Shown: in pieces, positions 39,737 to 53,400 of the stretch | Position numbering within the stretch: position 1 is the first letter of the stretch | Layout: every line of letters begins with the position of its first letter | Assembly: GCA_028826165.1 (NCBI GenBank) | Contig: JAPDFW010000055.1 | Coordinates: 434,001 to 498,000 of the forward strand | Direction of reading: 5' to 3' | Source of the DNA: Anaeramoeba ignava BMAN | Lineage: Eukaryota; Protista; Anaeramoebae | DNA: 64,000 bases | Notes under the pieces: model-generated | The model's input: the letters and a program-made list of their open reading frames with translations, nothing else | Databases searched by the model: none | Told to the model about the DNA's origin: nothing | Made by a program: the position numbers and the translations under genes

Positions 39737-41853
39737 TATTAAATATTTAATAATCTAAAAAATAAAAAGTGGAATAAAATATTTTTAATTATATTTAATT
39801 AAATAATTAAATTAATAAATAATAAATTTATTTTATTAAATTTATTCAAAATATATTTTTATTAATATATTATTTATTATTTATAAATAAATTAATATTT
39901 AATAATATAAAAAATAAAAAGTGGAATAAAATATTTTTAATTAAATTTAAATAAATAATTAAATTAATAAATAATAAATTTATTTTATTAAATTTATTCA
40001 AAATATATTTTTATTAATATATTATTTATTATTTATAAATAAATAAATATTTAATAATATATAAAATAAAAAAAGTGGGATAAAATATTTTTAATTATAT
40101 TTAATTAAATAATTAAAATTAATAAATAATAAATTTTATTTTTATTAAATTTATTTTTAAAATATATTCTTATTAATATATTATTTATTCTTAATTAATA
40201 AATTAATATTTAATAATATATAAAATAAAAAGTGGAATAAAATATTTTTAATTAAATTTAAATAAATAATTAAATTAATAATTAATAATTTTATTTTATT
40301 AAATTTATTTAAAATATATTCTTATTAATATATTATTTAATTCTTTATTAATAAATAAATATTTAATAATATATAAAATAAAAAGTGGAATAAAATATTT
40401 AAGATTAATTTAAAATTAATAATTAAATTAATAATTAATAATTTTATTTTATTAAATTTATTTAAAATATATATTTATTAATATATTATTTATTCTTAAT
40501 TAATAAATAAATATTTAATAATATATAAAATAAAAAAGTGGAATAAAATATTTTTAATTAAATTTATTTAAAAATTAAATTAATAAATAATAATTTTATT
40601 TTTATTAAATTTATTTAAAATATATTCTTATTAATATATTATTTTATTTTAATTAATAATTAAATATTTAATAATATATAAAATAAAAGTGGAATAATAT
40701 ATTTTTAATTAAATTTATTTTAAATAATTAAATTAATAATTAATAATTTTATTTTATTAAATTTATTTCAAAAAATATATTCTTATTAATATATTATTTA
40801 TTCTTAATTAATAAATAAATACTTTAATAATATATAAAATAAAAAGTGGAATAAAATATTTTTATTTTAAAATTTAAATAAATAATTAAATTAATAAATA
40901 ATAATTTTATTTTTATTAAATTTATTTAAAAAATATATTTTTATTAATATATTATTTATTATTTATTAATAAATAAATATTTAATAATCTAAAAATAAAA
41001 AAGTGGAATAAAAATATTTTTAATTAAATTTATTTAAATAATTAAAAAATAATAATTAATAATTTTATTTTATTAAATTTATTCAAAATATATATTTTTA
41101 TTAATATTTTATTTATTATTTATTAATAAATATATATTTTATAATATATAAAATAAAAAGTGGAATGAAATATTTAAGATTAATTTAAAATTAAAATTAA
41201 AATTAATAATTAATAATTTTATTTTTATTAAATTTATTTAAAATATATTTTTATTAATATATTATTTATTATTTATTAATAAATAAATATTTAATAATAT
41301 ATAAAATAAAAAGTGGAATAAAATATTTTTAATTAAATTTATTTAAATAATTAAATTAATAAATAATAATTTTATTTTATTAAATTTATTTAAAATATAT
41401 TTTTATTAATATTTTATTTATTATTTATTAATAAATAAATATTTAATAATATATAAAATAAAAAGTGGAATAAAATATTTTTAATTAAATTTATTTAAAT
41501 AATTAAAAATAATAATTAATAATTTTATTTTTATTAAATTTATTCAAAAATATATTTTTATTAATATTTTTATTTATTATTTTATTAATAAATATATATT
41601 TTATAATATATATAAAATAAAAAGTGGAAATGAAATATTTTAAGATTAATTTAAAATTAAAATTAAAATTAATAATTAATAATTTTATTTTTATTAAATT
41701 TATTTTAAAATATATTTTTATTAATATTTTATTTATTCTTTATTAATAAATATTTAATAATATATAAAATAAAAAAAGTGGAATAAAATATTTTTAATTA
41801 AATTTATTTAAATAATTAAATTAATAATTAATAATTTTATTTTATTAAATTTA
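39737..41853. repeat. Tandem satellite array A2, same ~153 bp unit as A1, ~14 copies
   Basis: GTGG core recurs from ~39769 to ~41778 at ~150-157 bp spacing. Confidence 0.95.
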
Positions 41854-42287
41854 TGGAAATTGTTTATTTTGATTGTTTTGGATTGTTAAATAAAAATTAA
41901 AAATTAAAATAAAAAAGATTGATAGATTCAGTTTTACCACTTTATTTTATTTTTTAATTGTCTTTTTTTTTTAAATTAAATTAAAAAGAAAAAAAAAATT
42001 TTCTTTTCTATTTTATTTAATTTTAATTAATAAATAAAAATTCTCTTTTTGAAAAAATAAGATCGTTTAATTAAAGTAAAGAAATTAAAATAACTCTTAT
42101 CAAAAAAAAATTTTTCAATGAGAAAATGAAAATTGCTTTTTTTTATTATTTTAAATTAAAAAAGAAAAAATTTTTTTTTCATTTGTTGTTTTTTTTAATT
42201 AAAAAATTTTTTTTTCTTTTTAATTTTCATTTCTCATTTGAATTTGATTCAGATTCGTATTTATCTACTTTTTTAAAAAAAAATAAA

Positions 42288-45200
42288 ATGGGCAAGTTTA
42301 TTTCTTTATTTTCAATCTACTTTTTTTCAATTCTTTTTTTAAATTACAGTAAGAAAATAAAAATAAAAATAAAAAAAAAATTTATTTTGGATTAACAAAA
42401 ACAAAATGGAAATGTCTTTTTTTTTTTTCTTTTAAAAATATTATTTGTAAATTAATGGTTTGTTGTTTTTTTTGTTGATTGTTTTTTTGCTTTTTAGAAA
42501 TTATTTGTGATGCTTATCTTCCTCCAAACATTTCAGAATTATTAAGTAATGAAAACTATTATTTTGAATCAGGAACAAACTATAATTTTGCTGAGAGTGC
42601 TGCTTCTAATTTTATGAATGTAAAATTTTGTTACATCTTTTCGAATTAAATAATTACCTTTTCTTTTATTTTGATCTTTTCACAGATTTCATATTTTTTT
42701 CCATATTTAATTTAAATATTTTGGATATTTTGGATATTTAATTTGGATATTTAATTTGGATATTTAATTTAAATATTTAATTTGGATATTTAATTTGGAT
42801 ATTTAATTTGGATATTTAATTTAAATATTTAATTTAGATATTTAATTTAGATATTTAATTTAGATATTTAATTTTAGATATTTAATTTAGATATTTAATT
42901 TAGATATTTTATTTAGATATTTAATTTAGATATTTAATTTAGATATTTAATTTAGATATTTAATTTGAATATTTAATTTAAATATTTTCTTTAAATATTT
43001 AATTTGAATATTTAATTTAGATATTTAATTTGGATATTTAATTCAGATATTTAATTTGGATATTTAATTTGGATATTTAATTTGGATATTTAATTTGGAT
43101 ATTTAATTTAAATATTTAATTTGAATATTTAATTTGGATATTTAATTTAGATATTTAATTTGAATATTTAATTTGGATATTTAATTTAAATATTTAATTT
43201 AAATATTTAATTTAGATATTTAATTTAGATATTTAATTTAGATATTTAATTTAAATATTTAATTTAGATATTTAATTTAAATATTTAATTTAGATATTTA
43301 ATTTAGATAATTAATTTAGATATTTAATTTAGATATTTAATTTAAATATTTAATAATTTGGATATTTAATTTGGATATTTAATTTAGATATTTTCTTTTA
43401 TTTTATTTAATAGATCTCAATTTCATGCAACGAAACTCTTGATAAAAAAACTAAAATGTTAGGAGTACTTAATGTAATTAAAAAGAAAAAAGAAAAAATT
43501 TCTCTTTTTTTTTTTGATTTAATTTATTTTGATTTAATAGTTCATAAACTGTTCAAATATTGTTATTAATGCTTCATCTTGTGGGGATAAATTGGAAATC
43601 AGACCAGAAATTACTATTGAACAAGAAAGTGATATCTCTTTTGTTAGTGTAGTATTTCTTCCATCAGCTATAATTCAATCATTTGATTCAAGTGTTCAAT
43701 TATTGGATTGTGATATAAATCAACTTACTGAAACTGGAAATTTTATTGATGGTCATGATTCTCATTTCTTTATTAAATCTTTGAATACTTCAAATTATGC
43801 TTCTCTTCAAACTCTTTATTTTGATTCTGAAGATAATCCAAATTCAAGTTTAACATTAGATAGTTGTGATGGAAATTTTAATTTAATAGTGGATGCAGTT
43901 AAAACAACTTTGATTGATTGTGCTCCTTTAGAAATGACAATCCAAAATACAAATTTATCTCTTAATAGTTCTTATATTCAAATCAATGATTTAAATCTTG
44001 TTAATTCTTATTTCGAAATGATAAATTCATCTCTCAAAAATTTAATTCTTTCAGGAAATTCTTCAATTTCTGGTGATACTTTGAATATTTCTGAATCACT
44101 TTCTTTTGTTGGAGATAATTCTCAATTGAAAGTTATCAATGCATCTGTTTATTTTAATGGAACAAGTTTTTCAAGTGATGAAACTTCAGTTCAAATTCAA
44201 AAAAATTTTTCTATTTTTTCTACAACTTGCACTGTTCAATCAACAAATCTTTATTTGATAGTTAATAACACAAATTTGCAAATTAATTATTCAATTTCAA
44301 TTAAAAGAATTGATTTTATTGGTGATACTTTATTACATGGTTCAGCAATTCTTCAAGTTTCAAATCAAATTTTTTTCAATGAATCAGGAATTAAAACAAT
44401 TTATTCTCCTTTAAATATCTTAAATTTAATAAATTCAGTAACTTATTCTGGAAATGATAACTTCATTTATTTATACAATGATTTCTTTATTGATACTTCT
44501 CTTACTTCAATTCAACTTCCTGGTATTTATTCAGAAAATAATGAATCAATTTTAGGATTATATTCTGATACTATTAATACAAATTATTCAATTCCATTTC
44601 TTGAAATTAATGGAGGAAATATTTCTGGAAACAATAATTTCCTTATTGTTGAAGATAATATAAGTTTCAATGGAAATTCATTAATAATAAATAATATTCA
44701 AATTGATTCACAAAAAACAAATTTTATTGAAAATGGAATAATTCAATTCCAAAATTCTTATTTATACTCAAAATCATCAAAATTTCAACAAGATTCAAAT
44801 TTCACAATTTTTGGAAATGGTCTTTTCTTTTCACAAGAATTAAATGATGAAGGTATTTTGATAATTGATAATATATTTGGAGGTAAAAATATTCAAATTC
44901 AAGAAAATGGAGATTTAAAACTTTCAAATATCAATTCTTCAAATTTCCAAAATTCAAATGTTGTTTTAAATGGAAGTTTAATGATTGAAAATTCAATAAT
45001 TTCTGATCCTTTTGATTCTTTGATTTCTAATTCTGCAAATCAATTCCCATTAACCATTATCAACTCTCAAATTTCTTTTTCCAATAATCAATTTGATTTT
45101 CCTTCTTTACAAATGATAAATTCAAGTTTAACTAATTTAAATTCAAGTTTAAAAGATCTTTTCCTTGAAGGAAATAATGCTTTGAATATTTCTGATATTA

Positions 45201-48200
45201 CTTTCCAAAACGGAATGATTCAAATGAAAGAAAATTCAAATTCATTTCTTGATATTTCTTCAACTAATATTAAATTTGGTTCTTATTCAGGATTAGAATT
45301 AACTTCAAATTCAACTCTTACAATTTTTTCTTCTGATAATTCATTTCTTAATTTCTCTTTTTATGATGAAAACAATTTAACATTTTCAATTCCCAATGAT
45401 TCATTACTTAAATTAGAAAATATTAATATTGATATTGATGGAAATTCAATAACTGATCTTAGTGGAAATATTTCAGTTAATCAATCTATTTTAAGAATTT
45501 ATAATTTCCAAAATGGATTTATTGGAGTATTGAATGTTATTGATTCAAATTCAGAAGTTAAATTAGAAAGTGATATTAATATCAAAATTCTCAATTTATT
45601 TAAAGGAAAGCTTAGTTTCACAAAAATTTCAACAACAGATAATGATTCATATCTTATTTTTGGAGATGGAACTGATCAAGCAATTATTAATGAAGATTCC
45701 ATTTCTGAATCAATAATTTATTCAACAACAGGAGGAATAATTGAAATCAATAATAATTCAATTTTTGATAATGTCCTTTTTGATATTCGAAATGATTCAC
45801 ATCTTATCATCAAAACATTCAATCTTACAAATTCAAGATATGCATCAAAAATCAAAAATCATGGATATATTACAATAAATCCTTATTATGTTTCATTAAA
45901 CAATCCAAAAAAAGATGAAAACTGTTTCGAAGAAGAATTAAATTATATTTATTTCAATTTTTCTGTTATTAATGAAGAAAATGGAATTATTAATTGTTCT
46001 GAAAATACTCAATTTAATCAATTATTTTCTTCATCTGGTCTTATTCAAACATCAAAAAATTTAGTTTTTGAAAATGGATTGATTTTAAATGAAACAGGAA
46101 AAATTGAAGTATTAGAAAGTTTACAACAAAATATTTCTATTTTCGGAAATTTAGAAATTTATGGAAATTCAGAAATTAAATTTGCTAATATTTCTGTAAA
46201 TGATTCAATAATCATTTCAAATCCTTCAGATTTCACAAATATTTTCAAATTCAAGTTTAACTTCAAAATCTTTTGTTTGTAATTCAGAATCTGAGATTTC
46301 TTTATCAAATTCTACTTTCAATACTCAAGAATTTTTGAATAATGGAACTTTTTTGATTGATTCATCAATTTTTTCATCTTCTATAAATGGTTATAATTAT
46401 GGAAATTTTTCTGTAAACAATTCTGATGTTTTTTTCCAAAAATTAGAAAGTTATGGAGATTTTCAATTCAATAATTCCAATTTAACTCTTAATGATAATT
46501 CATTTTTGAATAATACAAATAATATTTTTGGAATATCATATTTCATAAATTCAATTATTGAAATTATTGATGAAAAACTTTTAAGTTTTAATGGAAATTA
46601 TATGATTGAAGATGGAGGTTCAATTTTAGGAGAATTCAAAATTGAAGAAAATTCAAATATAACTTTATTATTAGAAGAGAATAATAATACTTATTTATCA
46701 ATTAATCATCAACCTCAAATACAAGGAAAATTATATTTAAATTTACTTCGATACTCAGAAGATCAACCAAGATATTATCCATATAAAGCAATTTATTTAC
46801 TTAATTCTTTCAATTTTTCATCAGAACAACTTGAATCAAATGATGAACAATTTATTGAAATAAATCAAGATGAAAATTGGATTATTGCACAAGTTAAAGG
46901 ATGTAAAAAAGGAAAATATAGTAATGATTTTGATCAAGAATGTAAAGATTGTTCTGAAGGAGAATATAATAATGAAACTGGAGCAACTTCTTGTAAAAAA
47001 TGTCCATCAGGATATATTTCCAATCAAAAAGGAAAAGAAGAATGTGAACCTTGTAATGAAGGTTATTATCAACCAAACACTGGACAAAGCTTTTGTTTTG
47101 AATGTCAACCAGGAACACATGCACCTCATAATGGTTCAGATCATTGTCAAGAATGTCCAGGAGGAGAATATAATTATAATAATGCTTCAACAACTTGTGA
47201 AGTATGTGGAGCAGGAAATTATAGTGATAATCCAACAAAATGTGATTTTTGTCCATTAGGGAAATATAATCCAAAAGAAGGATCTACACTTTGTTATAAT
47301 TGTTCTATTGGAACATATTCAAATCAAAAAGGAAAAACATTTTGCAAAGCATGTGATGTTGATACATATCAAGATGAAATTGGAAAAGAATCATGTAAAG
47401 TTTGTCCTGAAAATTCAGAAACAAATGGATATGGAGCAACAAGTATTAATGATTGTGTTTGTTCACTTGGATATTATGGAATTGCAAGTAAATTATGTGA
47501 AGTTTGTCCTGAAGGAAGTTTATGTAATGATATTGGAATTGTTATTCCTTATGCCAAAGAAGGATATTGGCATTCAAAAGCTGATCCAACAAATTATCTT
47601 GAATGTGCAGTAAAAGAAGCATGTCCTGGAGGAGGAACTGATATTTGTAATAAAAATATTGGATATAGTGGTAATTTATGTGCAGTTTGTTTGAAAGGAT
47701 TTTATAAATTTGGAAGTCAATGTATGAAATGTCCAAATAATCAAAAAAATCGATTAATTCTTGTTGGATTGTTTATTATTTTGCTTTGTTTATTTCTTTT
47801 CATTATTGCAAGAAAAATTCGAAATTATTTTGCATCTTTTAGTATTATGTTTTCTTTCTTTCAAGTTTTAGCTGTTATTTCAGGACTTAAATTAAATTGG
47901 CCAGGATCTCTTGAAACAACTTGGAGATCAATTTCATTATTTAATTTCAATATTGATTATCTTGCAGTTGAATGTAGTTTACAATTAAGTTATACACAAA
48001 AATGGATATTATGTATGATTTTTCCATTTATTATTCTTGCAGTATTATTGATTGTTTATTTAATTGCTTTTCTTCCATTCTAAATTAATTGAGAAATGTG
48101 GAGCAGGATTTATGAGAAAATTTCCAAGATTTTGTTCAAAACCAACAAGAAAAACAACTAATAAATATATTTATCCTTTTTCTTGGATAAAATTCAAAAT

Positions 48201-49383
48201 TAGTCAAATATTTACACATGGATTTAGCAAACAAAAACGCAAAACTCTTTACAATAATTTGATAAATTCATATACAACAATTCTTTCATTTATTTATTTA
48301 TTCATTTCTTTTAAAGCTCTTCAAATCTTTGATTGCAAAAAACAAACAAGTGGAGTTTATACATTTGAAGGAGATCCATCACTTTTTTGTTATGAAAAAT
48401 GGTGGAAAGATTTACTTCCATGGGCAATCGTTTGTTTAATTGTTTATGTTATTGGAATTCCAGTTATTTTCATTATCCTTTTTTTCGTTTCTTCTAAAAA
48501 ACTTGATGAAAAAACTTTTGATTTAAGATTTGGATTATTATGTTCAAGATATACCAAAAGATGGTTTTTTTGGGAAATATTTATTATGATTCGAAAACTA
48601 TTTTTGATCATTTCTCAATTATTCATTTCTTTTGATTCAATTTTTCAATCAGTAATTTGTGTTATTGTTCTTCTTTGTGCACTTGTTTTTCAAGTTAATT
48701 CAAAACCTTTTGTTTCAGATCGCCATAACAAACTTGAATTTGTTTTAATTTGTTTTTCAGAAATAATTCTTTTTTCTGGAATGATTTTTGCTTCAAATGA
48801 TTTAGAAAGAACAAGTGGAAGAGGAATATTAGCAACAGCTATTATTGCAATAATTTGGATATCATTTTCAATTCTTATTATTATGATTTTATATGAAATT
48901 CGACACAGAGTTAGAGTTAAAAAAGGAAAAGAAATTGATGAAATTAAAAAATCTGATTCAATTTCAAGTGGACAAAGTATTCTTAAATTTTTAGATTCCA
49001 AACCTTCATTTTTATTACTTTGGAATTGGATTCTTGAAAGTTCTGAACATAAAAATAAATTACAAAAAGAATTTTTTCAACAAATCAAAGATTTTTACAA
49101 TTCAAATCAAACTTATCAACAAAAATTAAATATTGATGAATTTTGGGAATCATTTTTAACAAAATGGAAAGATTCTTTTTATCCTATTATTCAATTATGG
49201 TTTCTTCAAGCTTCAATTCAAGAAAAAATTCAATTTATGAGAATTTTATCAAAAATTCATTTTGAAAGTTTTCTTTATTTAAAATCAAATTCAACCAAAA
49301 AAGAAAGAAGAAAAACAAGAAGACTTTCAATTCAATATTTCAAACAAAATCTTCTTTTCATTCCTCAAACAAATGCAAATTAA
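42288..49383 (+). CDS. Surface receptor-like protein, copy B (tandem paralogue with ~376 extra ectodomain residues; two apparent +1 frameshifts)
   Basis: Exons 42288-42348, 42498-42619, 43414-43473, 43541-49383; near-identical to copy A outside the N-terminus. Frameshifts near 46240 and at ~48075 (extra C relative to copy A). Confidence 0.8.
42715..43392. repeat. 13-bp minisatellite (ATATTTAATTTAG/TGG) in intron 2 of receptor copy B
   Basis: Direct reading; absent from the equivalent 142-nt intron of copy A. Confidence 0.92.
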
Positions 49384-49528
49384 GAAAGAAATAAAAAAGG
49401 AAAAATGGAATTACTTCTTCAAAATGTTTCCTCAAAAAAATTGGAATGAATTTTTTTTCTGTTTGAGTTTTTCAATTTCAATAAAAATAAAAAATTAAAT
49501 CAAAAAAAATATTTTTCCTTCTTTTCTT

Positions 49529-50326
49529 TCAATCATCAAAATATTTGAAAATTGATTCCATAGCATTTGGAGTACTTTCTGAATGTTCTAAAGTTCCAGC
49601 TGAAACTCTAAATTCTCCATTTGATTTAAGTTTTGTATCTAAAGGTTTTTCAGAACAAATCCAATGTTTACTTTTCTTTTCCAAAATATCATAACCATTA
49701 TCTGATCTAATTCTTATAAGTGCATCAGTAAATGCTATTTTCTTTATTCTTTCTAATCCTTTAATATCACTTGAAATTAAATCAGATGTATCAAAACCTC
49801 CTCTACTATGTGCAACAATATAAATATCTTTTGCTGGACATTTCATTACAATTTCATTCCAAATATATTGAAGATGATTAACTTTTTGATTTGTAATTTT
49901 TGGCATTTTTTCATTTGGATTTGCAATTATTACTGAATATCCTTTTTGAATTGCATTTTCAACAAAAGGAATCATTGAACCTCTATTTAAACCTTGAGTA
50001 ACACAAAATTTTCTTGTCCAAATACCAGGTCTAACTTCACCAGAACCTTGAACAAGAATTAATAATTTATCTTCATTTTGATAAAGATTTTGAGATTGAA
50101 AAATTTTAACTTTTTTTGATTTTTTGTTTTCTTCTAATTCAAAAGGAATCATTATTTCTTCCATTTTTAAATTTGATTTCAAATATTCCTCAACATATTC
50201 TATTATATGAATTGATACTTTTTGTAATTCTTTTCCATTTGAATAATGAAAAATTTCACCATTTTTAATATAAACAATTCTATTTTCAGAATTGATTGTT
50301 AATCCCATTTTTTTTAATTCTTCCAT
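49529..50326 (-). CDS. FAM172A: FAM172/Arb2-domain alpha/beta-hydrolase-fold protein
   Basis: LILVQGSGEVRPGIWTR, GSMIPF, GYSVIIANPN, YIVAHSRGG, IAFTDA, HWICSEKPLD, VSAGTLEH; first ATG at 50326. Confidence 0.85.
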   Translation of the reverse strand: MEELKKMGLTINSENRIVYIKNGEIFHYSNGKELQKVSIHIIEYVEEYLKSNLKMEEIMIPFELEENKKSKKVKIFQSQNLYQNEDKLLILVQGSGEVRPGIWTRKFCVTQGLNRGSMIPFVENAIQKGYSVIIANPNEKMPKITNQKVNHLQYIWNEIVMKCPAKDIYIVAHSRGGFDTSDLISSDIKGLERIKKIAFTDALIRIRSDNGYDILEKKSKHWICSEKPLDTKLKSNGEFRVSAGTLEHSESTPNAMESIFKYFDD

Positions 50327-50461
50327 TATTTTTTTTTTCAAATTAAAAAAGGAAAAAATGAATTTTAATTTTTTTCATTTTTTTTTTTAATTTTTTAATT
50401 TATTTTTTAATTAATTTTTTAATTAATTTTTTAATTAATTTTTTAATTTATTTTTTAATTA

Positions 50462-53400
50462 ATGAATACAGATTCAGAAGAAGATTCTTTTAACGATCAA
50501 ATTGAGAGCAGTTTGTTATTATTTTTTTTAATTTAATTTGCTATTTAATTTAATTTAATTTAATTTAATTTAATTTAATTTAATTTAAGCTCTTGATTCA
50601 CAAATTATTGAAGCTGATACTTCAAATTTATCAGAATATTCAGATCTTCCAATTCCTGTATCACAAAGAGATCATATTGCATTTGAAATTTTAACAACCG
50701 AAAGAACTTATGTTAGAAATTTACAAATACTTGTAAATGTAAGTTAATTTTTCATTTAAAAATTAAATTAAAAATTCAATTTAAAAATTAAAATATTTCT
50801 TTTTAGGATGTTTTAAATGAACTTAAAAATGCAATTCGTTCTGAAAAACCAATTATTAAAGCAAAACATATTCCCATTATTTTTTCAAATATTGAAGAAA
50901 TTCTTCATGTATTTGATTTAAATTAAAAAAAAAATTTTTTAAAATTTAATATAAAATTTATAAATTATCATTTTTTTTTTAAAGATTAATCTAGGATTAC
51001 TCAATGAATTAGAAAGAAGTATTTGGAATTGGTCAAATGAAACAAAAATTGGAAATTTTTTTATTAAACTTGTAAACAAAAAATATTTTTCAAAAAAGAA
51101 TATTTTATATTTTAAATTTTAATTTGAATTTCTTTAAAATCAAAAAAAAAAATAATTTAAAGATGCCTGCTTTATCTTCATATAGTAAATATATAAATGG
51201 TTATAATCAAGCAAGTCAAACTCTTGAAAAATATTCCAAAAATTCAAGATTTAATATATGGGCTCAAGTAATAAATTCAAATTCATTTACAAATTTATTT
51301 ACAAATTCATTTACAAATTTAAATTCATTTACAAATTCAAATTCATTTACAAATTTAAATTTATTTACAAATTTAAATTCATTTACAAATTCATTTACAA
51401 ATTTAAATTCATTTACAAATTCAAATTCATTTACAAATTTAAATTCATTTACAAATTCAAATTCATTTACAAATTCAAATTCATTTACAAATTCAAATTC
51501 ATTTACAAATTTAAATTCATTTACAAATTCAAATTCATTTACAAATTTAAATTCATTTACAAATTAAAATTCATTTACAAATTTAAATTTATTTACAAAT
51601 TCAAATTTATTTACAAATTTAAATTCATTTACAAATTCAAATTCATTTACAAATTCATTTACAAATTCATTTACAAATTTAAATTCATTTACAAATTTAA
51701 ATTCATTTACAAATTCAAATTCATTTACAAATTCAAATTCATTTACAAATTCAAATTCATTTACAAATTTAAATTCATTTACAAATTTAAATTCATTTAC
51801 AAATTCAAATTCATTTACAAATTCAAATTCATTTACAAATTCATTTACAAATTTAAATTCATTTACAAATTCATTTACAAATTCAAATTCATTTACAAAT
51901 TCAAATTCATTTACAAATTTAAATTCATTTACAAATTTAAATTCATTTACAAATTCAAATTCATTTACAAATTCAAATTCATTTACAAATTTAAATTCAT
52001 TTACAAATTTAAATTCATTTACAAATTCATTTACAAATTTAAATTCATTTACAAATTTAAATTCATTTACAAATTCATTTACAAATTCAAATTCATTTAC
52101 AAATTTAAATTCATTTACAAATTCATTTACAAATTTAAATTCATTTACAAATTCAAATTCATTTACAAATTCATTTACAAATTCATTTACAAATTTAAAT
52201 TCATTTACAAATTCAAATTCATTTACAAATTTAAATTCATTTACAAATTTAAATTCATTTACAAATTTAAATTCATTTACAAATTTAAATTCATTTACAA
52301 ATCCAAATTTATTTACAAATCCAAATTCATTTACAAATTTAAATTCATTTACAAATTTAAATTCATTTACAAATTCAAATTCATTTACAAATTTAAATTT
52401 AAATTCAAATTCATTTACAAATCCAAATTCATTTACAAATTCAAATTCATTTACAAATTCAAATTCATTTACAAATTTAAATTCATTTACAAATTCAAAT
52501 TCATTTACAAATTCAAATTCATTTACAAATTTATTTACAAATTCAAATTTATTTACAAATTCATTTACAAATTCAAATTCATTTACAAATTCAAATTCAT
52601 TTACAAATTTAAATTCATTTACAAATTTAAATTCAAATTCAAATTCATTTACAAATTCAAATTCAAATTTATTTACAAATTTAAATTCATTTACAAATTT
52701 AAATTTATTTACAAATTTAAATTCATTTACAAATTCAAATTCATTTACAAATTCAAATTTAAATTCATTTACAAATTCAAATTTAAATTCATTTACAAAT
52801 TAAAATTCAAATTCAAATTCATTTACAAATCCAAATTCATTTACAAATTCAAATTCAAATTCAAATTCAAAATCAAAATTCAAATCAAAATCAAAATCAA
52901 AATTAAATTCAAAATTTAAAATTCAAATCCAAATTCAAATTAAATTTAAAATCAAATTCAAAATTTATAATTAATTTTTTTATCTGATTTTATTTCAGGA
53001 AAAGAAAAAGCAATATAATGGATTAAATTTAACTAGCTTTTTAATTATGCCTGTTCAAAGACTTCCAAGATATAAATTACTATTATCAGTTTGATTTCTT
53101 TATTAAAAATCCAAACTGTTTAAACAAAATGAAATTTATTATTTATTTTTTTTTTGGAATATTAATTATTAGGATCTTGTTAAGCATACTGATAAATCTC
53201 ATTGTGATTATCAAGATTTACTTGATGCAGAAGAAACTGTTCTTCAACTTAATACTTTTGTGAATGAATTTATGAGAGAAAGAGATAATATGATGAAACT
53301 AAAACAAATTCAACAAAAATTTTCAACAAGACATCTTGTAATTTTTTGAAAGAAAAAGAAAAAGAAAAAGAAAAAGAAAATTTTTTTGTTCATTTCATTT

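Noticed and set aside
37010-47736. Short overlapping ORFs duplicated in both receptor copies
   Set aside because: Shadow frames of the Cys-rich coding region, conserved only because the host genes are near-identical.
51258-52919. 553 aa FKFIYK-repeat ORF
   Set aside because: It is the 18-bp minisatellite inside RhoGEF intron 51268-52998; the flanking exons join into a continuous DH domain.
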